Assembly (NCBI RefSeq): GCF_001194135.2
Contig: NC_068997.1
Location: forward strand, 36,578,396-36,623,667
Origin: Octopus bimaculoides
Taxonomy: Eukaryota
DNA length: 45,272 bases
Direction of reading: 5' to 3'
In this document: piece by piece, positions 10,071 through 22,659 of the stretch
How positions within the stretch are numbered: the first letter of the stretch is position 1
Layout: the number at the start of each line of letters is the position of its first letter
Notes under the pieces: model-generated
What the model saw: the letters and a program-made list of their open reading frames with translations, nothing else
Databases searched by the model: none
What the model was told of the DNA's origin: nothing
Position numbers and translations under genes: made by a program

Positions 10071-12087
10071 GCCACACCAATAGTAACAGAGAGACTGAGC
10101 ATGAACAGAAAACATGAATGGGGTATTAACACCCACCACCATAATACACAACACAACAACTATAGACAGAAGGGGAAGACAGAAACAAACAGTATAATAC
10201 ATAAACCCTTACACACACACACACACACAGACACACACAAAAGACACATAACGATAATTGAAATGAAATTTTAAAAATAGAAATAAATAAGTAAATTAAT
10301 GAAAGGGAAAAAACTATGTAATGTGTATGGATACAAACAAGATAGTAAGCAAACCCATATAAACACATACAAAACACATTGACATGCATACACGCACAAA
10401 CACATGCATGCACTGATAAGGATACGAACAACAGAATGGACTAAACAGAACAGGTGGAGACATGTGGGATGGAAGAGTTACTGTGGAGTTCACAGGTGTG
10501 TGACGAAAGATTTCCAGACAATAGACTTAAGATTAAATAAGAGCATTAATGAGTGACGAATGAATATATAGAGCATGTGTTTATTTGTCAAGAAAAAAAA
10601 AGACTATCTCAAAATTTTACAATATCTGTTTCCACACACAATTTCACATCAGGAATCATGGAAAACAAATTCATAAATGTAAAATTATTTCTACAGCATT
10701 TATTGCATGTATATTACTGAAAATTAAATAAAAATCAATAAAACTGAAGCATTAGGGTGTGTTTATCCAAGAGAGATGTTTATTAGTAAATAAACTTAAA
10801 AGACTTCTTAGGCACACAATACTTTTATCACCCTGAGTTGCAAGAAGAAATTCAGTCATAAAGGATACAATGCAGTACCAGAGACAAGATGGAAACAATC
10901 TCCCACCTGGTTATCCAATATGCTTGATACCTATTCTCAGCCTACTACATTCCCAATTTTGGAAGAGAAATAGTATATAATTGAAAAATAAAAGTAGTAT
11001 ATAGATGATTAAGGGCTGTGGATACCTAACAAAAATAATAATTAGAAACTGATGGGTTGCACTATTAAAATTTACTTTTTATTGTTTTAGTGGGGTTTTG
11101 TTGATGGGGCATGTGCCCATGGCATTTACAGGCCTTCTGAGACCAGTTAAACCATTGCTAATCAGCATCTATAGGGAAGATATGAGCAGGAAGGTGATTC
11201 TCAAATGTCAATGTTCTGGGGATAAAGGACTACAAGTCGTGGTTAGTTCAAGGCCTGGAGAGATGAGCATAATAGGAGTAATGAGAAGAGGAGATGAGTG
11301 ACTTGGGAGTGCCTGAGTGGAAGAAGTACAAAACTATATAACTCCTGGGAATAGTACTAATAAAAAAGGCAGAGGGTGGAGATAGCATGCTCATGGGCCA
11401 TAGACTGGGGCATGTCTGTGAGTGATTTTATGCCAATCAATCACATGGTCTTCCAATAAATGCACTTGAAGAGGTCTATGTGTGTAGCAGCAGCAGCATC
11501 CCAGATGTGGGAGAAATACTCTGTTGTGAACTTTATTTAAGCTTTGCAATATCAGTTGTTGTTGCGGGATGAAATATTTTCTCACCCGGAAGAGAAAGGA
11601 CAATCTTTGAGATGCATTCTTAGTTAAAGACGTGCTTTCACCAGCAAAGATCTTTGGTAATAATAAGATCCAACATTTGGAGTGACTATGAGGGCTCTAG
11701 TTAAGCGCTGCTTATGTTTAGTGAAGGTGTGGTATGACAGCGTTTCCTTGATGTGAGTAGTACTTGTTTCTTTGGGGATGGAGGCTGCTATTTTTTTTGT
11801 TTCTTTGCTGTTGAAAGAAATAGAATTATTTCACCACTCCTAAAGGATGCTTTCAAGGTCTTCTTTCATAGAATTAGTGCAAATTTGATGTGTAGCATTT
11901 AGGTTCTTATGAATAATGCATGGCTGGGGAGAATAGAGAGGAGTAAAAGGTAATGTCATCTGAATAACTGTTGTTGGATGTGATAGCAAGTAGGTCATTG
12001 ATATACAGAAGGAAGAGAATGAGGACAAAATCAAACCCCGAGACACACTAGAGTTGACTCAGATGAGGAGAGAAAGAGCATTGTTAA

Positions 12088-13061
12088 CCCTTTCGTTACT
12101 AACCCAGCTGTAGCCGGTCCAAAAATTTTTTGGTTCATAAGACCAACCCGGCCGAGAGTACCCATTGTTATTTAAATGTAAATTTGAACCCAAATCTTGT
12201 TAGTACATTCGTTAAAACACGTGATTTCACTTTGCAAACAGTTGAGCTATTGTATCCGACATTGTTTGGTGTGATATTTGAACTCAGTGAATTTTGGAAG
12301 ATTTTTTTCCACATTTTTTGCAGCGTTCATTTTTTTCAACTTTGAAGATGGAGAGGAGTTTCATGCTATCAAGCAGTGATTCCGAATTTGAAGGCTTTTC
12401 AACTGAAGATATGGAGATATCGAAGAAAAGAATGAATGAGCTACANNNNNNNNNNNNNNNNNNNNNNNNNNNNNNNNNNNNNNNNNNNNNNNNNNNNNNN
12501 NNNNNNNNNNNNNNNNNNNNNNNNNNNNNNNNNNNNNNNNNNNNNNNNNNNNNNNNNNNNNNNNNNNNNNNNNNNNNNNNNNNNNNNNNNNNNNNNNNNN
12601 NNNNNNNNNNNNNNNNNNNNNNNNNNNNNNNNNNNNNNNNNNNNNNNNNNNNNNNNNNNNNNNNNNNNNNNNNNNNNNNNNNNNNNNNNNNCTGAGGAGA
12701 CAGGGTCTACCCATAGTCTTTCTCAGGAAGCGAAACCTTTAGACTTCTTTTTCTTATTTTTTCCAGCATGCTTGTTTGAAATGATTACTGCAGAAACAAA
12801 CCATTATGCAGAATGTAAACAAGCCGGACAAAAAGATAGCTTGTGGATTTACCTGTAATTAGAGTCACTTTGAGACAAAAATTATGCAATAGAATTGATT
12901 AAGAACCCTTTCTTCAATTATGTTCCAAATATCACATTAATATGTTGATAAATAAAAAAGTTACAGGTGTTTAATGAGACTAGTCTAAATTCATGATTAT
13001 TTTAGAATTTAATTGAAACTCATGTAAGTGGAATTTGGTCAGAAATATAGTAACGAAAGGG
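12088..13061 (+). mobile_element. Internally deleted piggyBac (PGBD-like) transposon
   Basis: TTAA TSDs at 12084-12087 and 13062-13065. 14-bp TIRs ccctttcgttacta / tagtaacgaaaggg. Transposase remnants SSSDSEFEGF and PLDFFFLFFPACLFEMITAETNHYAE. Confidence 0.92.
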
Positions 13062-13349
13062 TTAATGAATTCCATGACAGTCTAATCTGATAGAAAGGTA
13101 CTAATCTAAAAGATGTGAGATGGAGGGAGTTCGTAATTGGGAAGTTTTGATAGATTTGCATGCCAAACATGGTCAAAAGCTTTGTTGATATCTATTGCAA
13201 CAATAATCCTTTCATTGACCTACACTAAAGTAAGAGCCTGCAGGTGGGTGACTTAAGAGAATAGGCTACCAGTGAATCACTGAGAAGAGAAAGAAAGTCA
13301 AGATGTTGGAGAATGTCATTGTTAATAAATTTCCATTTGATAAAGACCT

Positions 13350-13536
13350 CCACTGGTCAAAGTTGACCATAACTGTGCAAGCCTGGTTAAAATTCTTTAG
13401 AAAGATGACAGCTGCACATACATGCAAGTCTCACTTTTCCATGACAACAATGTTTATCCAAGGGAAACATGCAACTGCCATCTTTTTCAAAAATCTTGAC
13501 CAGGCTTGCACAGTTATGGTCAGCCTTGACTAGTGG
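13350..13536. mobile_element. MITE-like palindrome (about 67-bp arms) inserted in the LINE RT
   Basis: 13350-13416 is an imperfect reverse complement of 13470-13536 (core tgaccataactgtgcaagcctggt). Confidence 0.7.
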
Positions 13537-13589
13537 TGGCCTTTTTTAAATGGAGACATCTTGCCTGACCCTCTAACAGTTCCATTAAT

Positions 13590-13700
13590 CTACCACTTTG
13601 GATTGGTACTTTTATTATTGATCCAAAAAGGATGAAAGGTAAAGTTGAACTCAGCAGGATTTGAACTCAGACCCAGTGATCTTATTGGTTTAAAGCAACA
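13590..13700 (-). mobile_element. Degenerate SINE fragment
   Basis: ggatgaaaggtaaagttgaactcagcaggatttgaactcaga matches the SINE at 13790-14012. Confidence 0.75.
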
Positions 13701-13789
13701 AGAAATATTATTTTGCACTTGGCAAGCAAAGTGGGAACTTATTGGGATGGAAGGAGATGGATTTGGAGACAAATTCATCAAGAGTGAGT

Positions 13790-14012
13790 TATTTCTTTAC
13801 TACCCACATGGGGCTACACACAGAGGGGACAGACAAACAGATTAAGTCGATTATATCGACCCCAGTGCGTAACTGGTACTTATTTAATCGACCCTGAAAG
13901 GATGAAAGGCAAAGTGGACCTCAACGGAATTTGAACTCAGAACGTAGCGGCAGACGAAATACCGCTAAGCATTTCGCCCGGCGTGCTAACGTTTCTGCCA
14001 GCTCGCCGCCTT
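13790..14012 (-). mobile_element. Full-length tRNA-headed SINE, young copy with TSD
   Basis: Minus head aaggcggcgagctggcagaaacgttag...gagttcaaattcc (A/B boxes). TSD atcaagagtg at 13777-13786 and 14013-14022. Confidence 0.9.
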
Positions 14013-14529
14013 ATCAAGAGTGTGTAGTGTGGAGTTTTATGCAAAGCAGACACCGTAGTTGAGAAGTGAAGGAAAAGAGAGATTCTACAAAGTCAGTGGA
14101 GATTCTTTTGGCAAGGGTTAAGAAGGACTGGCTATGGTTTGAGAAGCAGGAATACTTGAAAGCTGTGTGTTATTTGAAGACACTTTTGTAATCCAGATGT
14201 AGTCTCCCAAGAATTATGCAGCTGGGAGAAGGCCAACTAGTTTTGAGTAATGGGTGAGATTCTCCAGGCATTGGAGGCATTGTTTGTTGCCTGAACAGCT
14301 GCAGCACATCTATGAGTGAAACACCTTGAAGGACTTAGGACATGAGATTTGTTGCATGTGGGATATGGAGAGACCTACCTAAAAGGATGATTTTAATCAC
14401 CTAACTAACTGCTTTTGATGGGTCAGAAGTGAAGCATATCCACTACCAGGAATAACTGGTTGGCTGACTTGGAGTGCCATAGGATTGAAGGAAAGGAGGG
14501 TATTGTGTAGTATGTGATTGGGTGTTGTA

Positions 14530-14638
14530 TCATCATCGTTTAACGTCCGCTTTCCATGCTAGCATGGGTTGGACGATTTGACTGAGGACTGGTGAAACTG
14601 GATGGCAACACCAGGCTCCAGTCTGATTTGGCAGAGTT
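14530..14638 (-). mobile_element. Short RTE 3'-end fragment
   Basis: atcatcatcgtttaacgtccgctttccatgctagcatgggttggacg, as at 8888 and 2959. Confidence 0.9.
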
Positions 14639-15424
14639 GTGATAAAGCAGTAAGTCACACACAGTAGAGGTTAAATTTTCAGGTAAAAAGAAAAAAAGAG
14701 TGGTTGGAGTGTCTGTGCGTCACCCCCAAATCACACCCCTCAATATGAGCAAATGATGAAACAAGTTGATGTAGGGAGTTGAGAACAGCAAAGGATTCAG
14801 CTTCTGCACCAACAGCAGAAGTATGGGATGAGTGTGAGAGCCACAAAGAGTGTGACTATAGAAGTCACTGAAGATGATGACTTAAGAAAAGAATGGAGGT
14901 GAAGGGTTAATGGTACAAGAATTGCTATGGTACAAGAATTCAGAGAGAAGTAGAGGGAGTAGATATACTTGGGAGAATAAGGAAAGAATGCTTTGAGCCA
15001 GAATTACTGGAAGTCATTATTGCTGAAATCCTGGAGAAAGAGGTGAATGATAGGGGAAGTGGAACTTATGAAGCAGAGACACCATCATTTCAAGTGAAGT
15101 TTGATTAAGCAGAGATGAATAGTAAACTGGGGTTGAGAATCTGTGTCTGAGAGAGATAGGATATTGCGGTTTGTGTATACAAGGTGATGTGTAGAACCTA
15201 GGTTGAAAAGAGGAAGGAGAATTCACAAGAGAATTTAGAGTATTTTTGTTATTTTAGGGATGTGTAAAGCATGACGGTGCATGGGATGGGTAAAGCATGA
15301 CCAGAAGCCTTGCAACAGAATGAATTCTGCTGAAGAAACCAAGGGCCAGGCAGTGTGATGTGCCAGTCACCCCAAAAATAAAAACAAGGAATGAAACTGT
15401 ATGCCATATAACAGGACTACTTAC

Positions 15425-15878
15425 CTTTTGAAGGAGGAGGACGTTCATTTCTATTAGTGTCATTGGGTGCAGGCTGAGGACTTCGATCCAGGAATTCCAG
15501 AGCAGTTGCTTGCAGTTCAGTACTACTGACACAAATAGCAACATGAAACACAGTCCTAGCTAAATCATGATTACTTATTTGTTGAAAGAAACTATTAGAA
15601 ATCTCTATAAATTTTCTTTTTTGTTTCTGTTCTGCTATAGTTTTAGGTTCATCAATTTGAAGTAACAAACACAGCCGTTCAAATATCTCCTTTAATGCAG
15701 CATCAGCAGACATTTTAGCATAGTGCTCCTTCAAATGTGTATCCTTTTGTTTTGTTACAAGAATGTAGCCACGGAATTTATTGAAAGCATTTTGTATTTC
15801 TTCAGTTAATTTGAATTTCATATCTTCAAAGACCTTTCTGGTAAGGGTTGAATCATCTTTCTGAGCACGCTTTATGAC
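15425..15878 (-). CDS. Internal coding exon of an unidentified host gene (phase 0 to phase 1, 151 codons)
   Basis: Stop-free frame VIKRAQKDDSTLTRKVFEDMKFKLTEE...NERPPPSK, bounded by acceptor ctatttattgtag| and donor AAG|gtaagt. The frame closes two codons past the donor. No family recognised. Confidence 0.78.
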
Positions 15879-16086
15879 CTACAATAAATAGCATTGTACA
15901 AGTGTATTTGAAAGGAAAACAAGTTAGCATTCTGTTGAAGATCAACTCATGCTTAGCAAGTGTATAAAAAGAGATACTCTAATATTAGTACATTGAATTT
16001 AGTGAGCAGTTTCTCTGTAATTATAAGGGCTCTAATTCGATGGAGCATGTATGTATTTAGATATTGAGACCTTTAGTATCAATATC

Positions 16087-16624
16087 TACCACGATATACA
16101 AATGTCCCCGGACTAGTTCTGTAGTGCACCAACAGATGGCAGCACACAGTTGCGTGCACAGTGAGAGCGAGCAGTAACCTTCATGAGGCAGTGTGCCGAG
16201 TGACATCGCTGTGTTTACTTCACAAGTTATGAAATTTATAATTTCATGATCATGTGTATTCTGTAGCCTAGGATTTTGACATTAACAGGAACAAAGAGCC
16301 AACATGAAATTTTGCATTAAACTCAGGAAGTCTGCCACAGAGACATTGAGCATGCTTTGGCAAGCTTACAGTAACAAAGCAATGGGCCATGCGCAATATT
16401 TTGAGTGACACAGGCACTTCGAAAGCAGAAGAATGTCCCTGGAAGACCTACCAGGTGTGTCGCCCCCAGAAACATGGTATTGTGCATCAAGAATTGATCC
16501 CCAGGGCCAGATTGTATATTGCTGTGCAAGGCGACTATTTTGAAGGAGATATTAAAACTTAGGAAAATAAGTTATTTTTTTATTAGACATAACTAGTCCA
16601 GGAACCTTTTGATAACACCTTGTA
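16087..16624 (+). mobile_element. Internally deleted mariner (Mos1-like) element
   Basis: EQRANMKFCIKLRKSATETLSMLWQAY...SLED, then HGIVHQELIPQGQ, then IAVQGDYFEGD. Degenerate TIRs share ccggactagtt / aactagtccagg. Confidence 0.85.
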
Positions 16625-16872
16625 GAAATATTAGTACCTTTCATGTAAGTACCAAGCAGTTTCAAATACAAATTTACACAACCAGATTCAAGGTCCAGAT
16701 GTTGGCAGTAAAACACATTTTTACATGTGGATTTTTTACATTTTAAGCTCACAGCCAATTTTCTTTTCACAAAGATAAAATGAGAAAAGAAGTGTAAAAT
16801 TCTTTTTCAAAGAGTAATGCTTAAAGCCATTGTCTAGAAAACTTGATTTAATGCTCCGTAATGTTAACAAAT

Positions 16873-17070
16873 AAGGCAGCAAGCTGGCAGAATTATTAGC
16901 ACATTGGACAAAATGTCTAGCAGTATTTCTTCCAGCTCTTTATGCTCTCTCAGGTCAAATTCCACCAAAGTCAACTTTGCTTTTCATTGTTTTGGGGTCA
17001 ATGAAATAAAGTACCAGTCAAGTGCTGGGGTTGATGCAATCAATTTGCTTCCTCCTCCCAAAATAGCTGG
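16873..17070 (+). mobile_element. tRNA-headed SINE (older copy)
   Basis: aaggcagcaagctggcagaattattagc...ggtcaaattccaccaaagtcaactttgc, same family as 13790-14012. Confidence 0.8.
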
Positions 17071-17199
17071 TCTTCAACCCTGCAATGGATTGGTATCCCT
17101 TTCAGGAGAAATGTTGTGATCTCAGTCATTTATATGCCATGGAATCTGCATAACTGGCTTATGAGTCCAAGGGCTTGATAAAGAAAATATTTGCCAAAG

Positions 17200-18600
17200 A
17201 GATATTAGTATGTAGAATACTAAGTCCAGCAGAGAGATCAGCCATCCAAATTGACAGCAATATGATAGATAGACTGGTAAGGGATGTGAAAGAAAGGAGA
17301 GCAGCAGTTGGAAAAAACTATCTTAACAGGGATAGTTGCCATGACTCTTAAAATATCTGGCACAAAAGGGTGGAGAATAGTCACTCAAATTGTAAATAAA
17401 GTAATACAAAGTATCATACTAAGTAGCTAGCACTGCAATATTGCTGCAAACTGCTACAAGTACAAGGAGAAATGCACTAGAGAGAGGTAACTACAAAGAC
17501 ATCAGAACTGTTGGACAAAGTTATGAAAGTTACAGAAAAAATTACTGAAAACCTATTTAGTGTAGATGAGATGCAATTCAGTTTTGTTCCAAGAAAAGAC
17601 ATCACTGAGGCTATATTCCTTGTGAGACAACTGTAAGAAAAATACATGCCTATTCATAGCATTCATAAACTGGAGTAGGCTTTGACAGGGTCCTTTGCAC
17701 TGGTCACTAAAGAAACTATATATGAAGAGGAGGTCATTGAGGTAAGAATCAGCAATGAGTTGAGCAATGAATTTAGTATGTACATTGGGGTACAACAGTA
17801 GTCAATTCTCAGCCCTTTTATTAGCCCACCAGTCTGTAACAGAAGACCAGCTGTTCTGGAGAAGTCCCTTGTGCTGACAATGTAGCACTTAGAGCAGAAT
17901 CTGCAGAAAAATTGAAGCTGAAATTCCAGATCTTGAAGTAAAATCAAGATTGAAGGGCCTTAAGGTAAACTTAGTGAAAACAAAAGTTTTAGTAAGTAGG
18001 AAAGGAGACAAGAACCTTATAGCATCAGGATCATGGCCATGCTCTGCCTATAGAAAAGGAAGGTAAAAATTCTATGTGTACCCAGTGTAATGAATGGACA
18101 CACAAAAGGTGTAGTGAGATCACAGACTGGTTAAGAGAGAATGTACAATTCAGATGCAATAGATTCTCTCAAATGTCCAGACAGCTTTCAAGTAGTTGAT
18201 AGCTTTTACTATCAAGGCGAGCAAAGTAGCAGTGAAGTGGATGTTACAAATGTGGTAGCTAGAATAACAATGAATTGGAGATAGTTTAGAAATCTATTAA
18301 CTCAGTTAGCAACAGAGCTTATCCCCCAAGTTTCAGGGTAGATAGTATGATGTTTATGTGCAAAATGCTGGATGTTTTATGTTAGCGTGCATGAGTGACA
18401 AAGTACAAATGAACTGAGACAAATTAAGTATAAAGATGAATCCGATGACAGCTTTGTGAGCAAATGCTGAGCACTCAAAGCAAATAGTAACTGTGGAGGA
18501 AGGAAATTGAGGAAGACTTGGAATAAGAAGGTGAAAAATGATCTCAAGATGTTACATGTGATGAAGGAAATGATAGATGTTGTCAACTGGCAGTAAACTG
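17200..18600 (+). pseudogene. Highly decayed RTE RT region
   Basis: ALERGNYK...LLDKVMKVTE...DEMQFSFVPRKDITEAIFLVRQL*EKY, with many lesions. Confidence 0.75.
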
Positions 18601-19959
18601 CTCTCGCACAAGCATAATACATACACCCTCACCCTTAATTATTGTTTTGTGTGCATATTTCCCTTGTCTGTTGTCTTTTGTACACCATCACATCTCCCAC
18701 CATCTATTCTCCTAATCACTGTGCCTATTGTGTACCCTCTTCTTTCCCCATCATCTCTTCCACTCACTATCCTATGCCACTGCTGAATGAGTAGAAAGTA
18801 TTCAATTTGTGCATATTGTAAGTTTCCTTCCCCATAACTTCACTTCCTTTATCCTACTACACCTTCTTCCACTTACCTTCAAAATCAGGATACTTCAGTG
18901 TGGAGAGTTTGCACCCTGGCTAACTTTACCTACCTTCTCTGATTCTCTCAACACTATGCTTTTACTGGACACATTACTTTGAGGATATGCTCTGGCCCCT
19001 CATTATCACCTTATCTCTCCTCTATGTAACTCTCTGCTTACCCATATATAACATGGAGTAATACTACATCTCCTCCTACTCAACCAACCCTGCCAGTCTT
19101 ATCACTCTCTAATTCTCTCTCACTAAACCCCAATACTACTTTCCAGTATCTTGCCTATTATCCCCTTCCATAAGGCAGTCATTGTTAGTCCCTCTCTCAA
19201 CAACAATCCAGCATAACTTCAAGAAAAACTGGTTTGGACCCTGACAAACAGTTCAACTTATGCTGGTATGGTAGATAGACTGACCCACACCACCACTGGG
19301 TCTGCCTACTCAATCTGCCCCATTACTATTACCACTTTGTCACTCCTCTCCTTCACTCTTTCCTTCTCCCCGATACTACTCATCCTTCTTCCCTCTGTTC
19401 CTACCTCAACACTGTTCCCTTTGTTATTCTTTGGATTAGTATCCTCTTAAAATAAATTTGATGTACCCATTATGAAGCTGCTCTTTCATTTAGAGGTAGC
19501 TATGTGGCACTGATAGTGTTGATGCACAAAGTACACTTTCCAAGTAATTGGTAATCAATTCATGCAACATGGGGATTCAGAATGTTCTTTAATCTTACTG
19601 ATGGAAGGACAACCTTTGCAGTACACTCTGTAAAAGGGGCTGGATAATTGTATGATACAGATTCACAGGTTATAATAGTCACAGAGTACATAAAATGAAT
19701 AATTAACAAGAAAATAATAAGAGTGATTAATATAATCAATTCATCCATTACCTATGATCCAATGACACAATTTTGTGAGTACTGCTTCTTTAGATGGAAA
19801 ATAAATGCAAACAAATGCAAAATACTCACAGAGTGTTTACATATCAAGGACTATTGGAAAAAAAACTAATATAGACACATTGTTAGCTCATTGTGGCTAT
19901 AGAGGTTATATTAAGAGTTTACCAAACAGTTAAATTAGGGAGTCATTAACAAGTAACAT

Positions 19960-20330
19960 GGTTATCATTATCATCATCATCATTAATGTCTGGTCTCCAT
20001 GCTAGCATGGGTTGGACAGTTTGACATGGAGCTGTCTGTTGTAGCATGGTTTCTATGGCTGGATGCCCCATCCTAATGCCAACCACTGGGTAATTTTTAT
20101 GTGTTGCCATCACAGATGCATTTATACAGCACTGGCACAAGTGCTTTTTAAGTGCCACTGGCACCTGAAAGGACAAGCATGTATGTGTCGAAGACAGCAA
20201 TTTTACTTACCTTGACGTGTCTTATCAAGTACAACAAATCACCACATCTCCCAGTCCCTTGTCATTTCCTCAGTGAGGCCCAGCACCTAAAGATCCTTTC
20301 TCACCACTTCATCCCATGATTTTGTGGATG
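19960..20330 (-). mobile_element. RTE-related 3' end / 3'UTR remnant
   Basis: catcatcatcattaatgtc...tccatgctagcatgggttggacagtttgac...ggatgccc. Confidence 0.75.
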
Positions 20331-20719
20331 TACCCCTTCCACAGGTACTCTCCAAAATTAGAGTTTGGCACTCCTTTATGCAGCTGTCCTCATCCATACG
20401 CATTAATATTATATGTAAATAAATCTAAGTATTTATATGGGTATATATGCATGTATGTGTGTATATATCTAAAAATATATATAAGTGTATATCAGTGCTT
20501 GTGTGTACCTAAGTACAGATACATATAGATATATATACACATATGTACGCATAGGTATCTATAAATCTCCATAAAAAAACTTACTCATGAATGGTGTGCA
20601 TATGCATATTTGTTAAGGTGCATAGGAGTATCTATTTGTGTGTGGGTGCACATATCATAATCATCATTTAGTGTGTGTGTATACTTATGTATGTGTGTGA
20701 ATGTATGTATGTATATACC

Positions 20720-22480
20720 ATTGGCATCATCATCACCATTGTTTAACACCCACCTTCCATGCAAGCATGGATTAGACAGTTTGACAAGAGCTGGCCAGAC
20801 AGAAGACTACCCCAGGCTGTGTCTGTTGTGGCAGGGTTTTTTATGGCTGGATGCCCTTCCTAACACCAACCACTCTGCAGAGTGGACTCAGTGCTTTTTA
20901 CATGGCACCAGCACAGTTGAGGCCAGTTTTGGCATGGTTTTTACAGCTGGATGCTCATCCAAATGGCAACTACATTAGTGTGGACTGGATGCTTTATGCA
21001 TGGCACCAGTACCAGCAGGGTTACCAAGTAACTTTCACATCTGAGGAGGAGATCTCAAGTCAGATAATGAAGGGTTAGAGTGACTCAGGGAGACAGAGGG
21101 GCAGAACAGGTGTCTTGCTATAGAGGAGGTACATGGTTACCTGACCAGAGAAAGAGAGAGGAGAGAAGAGAGAGAGGTAACAAGAAAGCGGACAGAAACA
21201 GGTGTGCTGATGTAAAGGAGATACTTGGTTACCTAACCAGAGGGAAAAGCCTAACTTTGCTCTCAACACAGCTGCGCTTTGTCATTCATGCACACTGATG
21301 TTGCACATCCAATGGAGCATACTACTTTTATTCCTTTCCATTCAGAACCCATGTTTCACTACCATGGAGTATAGTTGTACATACACAAGCATCATACAAT
21401 CTATCTTTCACTTAGAGAGAGAATCCTTTTGTTGCCAACAAAGGTAACATCTCTCTGAACTTCCTCTATCCTATTCTTATTCTGGAACCAATACTTTCAG
21501 AGCATCCACCACCATTACCAATTTGGTCACGTTAGTAGAAACTATCAACTACCTCAAGAGAGCTTCCTGGGCATTTGAGAGAGTCTAAGTCCCACATGCT
21601 CTTAGTGCTTATGTTCCAGCACATCTGCCACACACAAAAGCAATCTTATCTGTTAACCTACCTGTAATTCCACTGCATCTCCCATGCATCCATAGCTTAC
21701 ATTGGGTGCAGTGAATGGAATTACTTATCACTCCTTTCCTACATATTGAGCAGTGCCATTTACCTGATCTTATCTGCTTTCTTAACTTTAAAGCCTTTTG
21801 ATTCCAGGTTTTGCTTCCATATATAGAACTTCTCCAATTCTGCAATAAAAGCGAGGTCATCAGCATATCGTAGTTCTCACTGACATCCAGTTTTGAATTC
21901 CTCAGTTATGGCCTAGAGGACTATGATGAATAAGAGTGGATAATTTTTTCCTGATGAACCCAAAATTGTATGCTAAATTCATCACTATATTCAAGGCTGA
22001 CTCTCATCTTACTGACAGCACTACTGTACATGGTTTGTACAGCTCTAACAAGCCACTCCTCTACTCTTAGCTCCCTTACAGACCACAAGATAACAGAGTG
22101 GGGAACCCTGTCGAAATCTTTCTCCAGGTTGACAAAATCCAAGTACACACCACCCACTCCATCACTTCTGCCTACCCAGAAGAATTTGAACTTCTGTTTC
22201 TTACCCGTGAGGAATCTAGCAGATGCTCCCTTCTATCTCACTTCTTGCACACACCACACATCAACATGACGACACTCCCATCATTTCGATAATCTCACCA
22301 GATCTCCCCTTCATTGTGCCAACATTGATGGTTGCAGCCCTAAAATTGTGTATTTGGGAGGGACAATGGGAAGGTAATTGTTGTGGGGCTTTTGTCAGTA
22401 CCTGCAAAGAAGATCTGTGCAAACACTTTCCAGGTAACATAAAACCTTGGTTACCTCGTGTATTCAATTTAATAAAGAAC
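20720..22480 (-). mobile_element. RTE LINE with its 5' end but a large internal deletion joining early APE to RT
   Basis: FRAATINVGTMKGRSGEIIEMM (APE start) continues to ...GVGGVY|LDFVNLEKDFDRVPHSVILWS (RT) at about 22145. A YADD region and RTE 3' tail lie downstream. Confidence 0.8.
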
Positions 22481-22659
22481 AATTTCCTCACTCCCATACA
22501 GCATCCAGATTAAGGGCCAGCAAAGAGAGGGGTAAAGAGACTATGTATATATCTATGTATGCACTCATGTGTCTATACATGCATCTTAACATATCCAACA
22601 CAGATATGTAGATCCATAAACATATGCAGTCAAATGAATGTGAGGTGTAATCAATGCCG

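Larger units (their letters stand above)
11110..15235 (-). mobile_element. Old CR1/Jockey-group LINE ORF2 (APE at about 14.6-15.2 kb, RT at about 11.1-13.6 kb) with five nested insertions
   Basis: Minus-strand motifs VAIDINKAFDHVWHANL, VNSSVSRGLILS (degenerate VPQGS), SYSDDIT, NASQRLSFLFRVRKYF and SFIPRT...LPAHIFP. The sequence is collinear across the piggyBac TTAA site. Many stops and frameshifts. Confidence 0.8.

Noticed and set aside
8746-10080. 444-aa ORF and other long ORFs containing X runs (also 12294-12858, 38412-39370, 40270-40983)
   Set aside because: They read through N gaps and microsatellites. Only the RTE and piggyBac parts are meaningful.
10481-10514. CUGUGGA-GUUCAC...GUGAC-GAAA hammerhead-like motif
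   Set aside because: The core is mutated and there is no helix I pairing.
14910-14940. 17-bp-period tandem duplication atggtacaagaatt x2
   Set aside because: Ordinary slippage inside a dead LINE.
19752-19787. Candidate 36-nt minus-strand exon
   Set aside because: AAG acceptor and GTAATG donor are weaker, and its open phases do not fit the phase-0 downstream exon.
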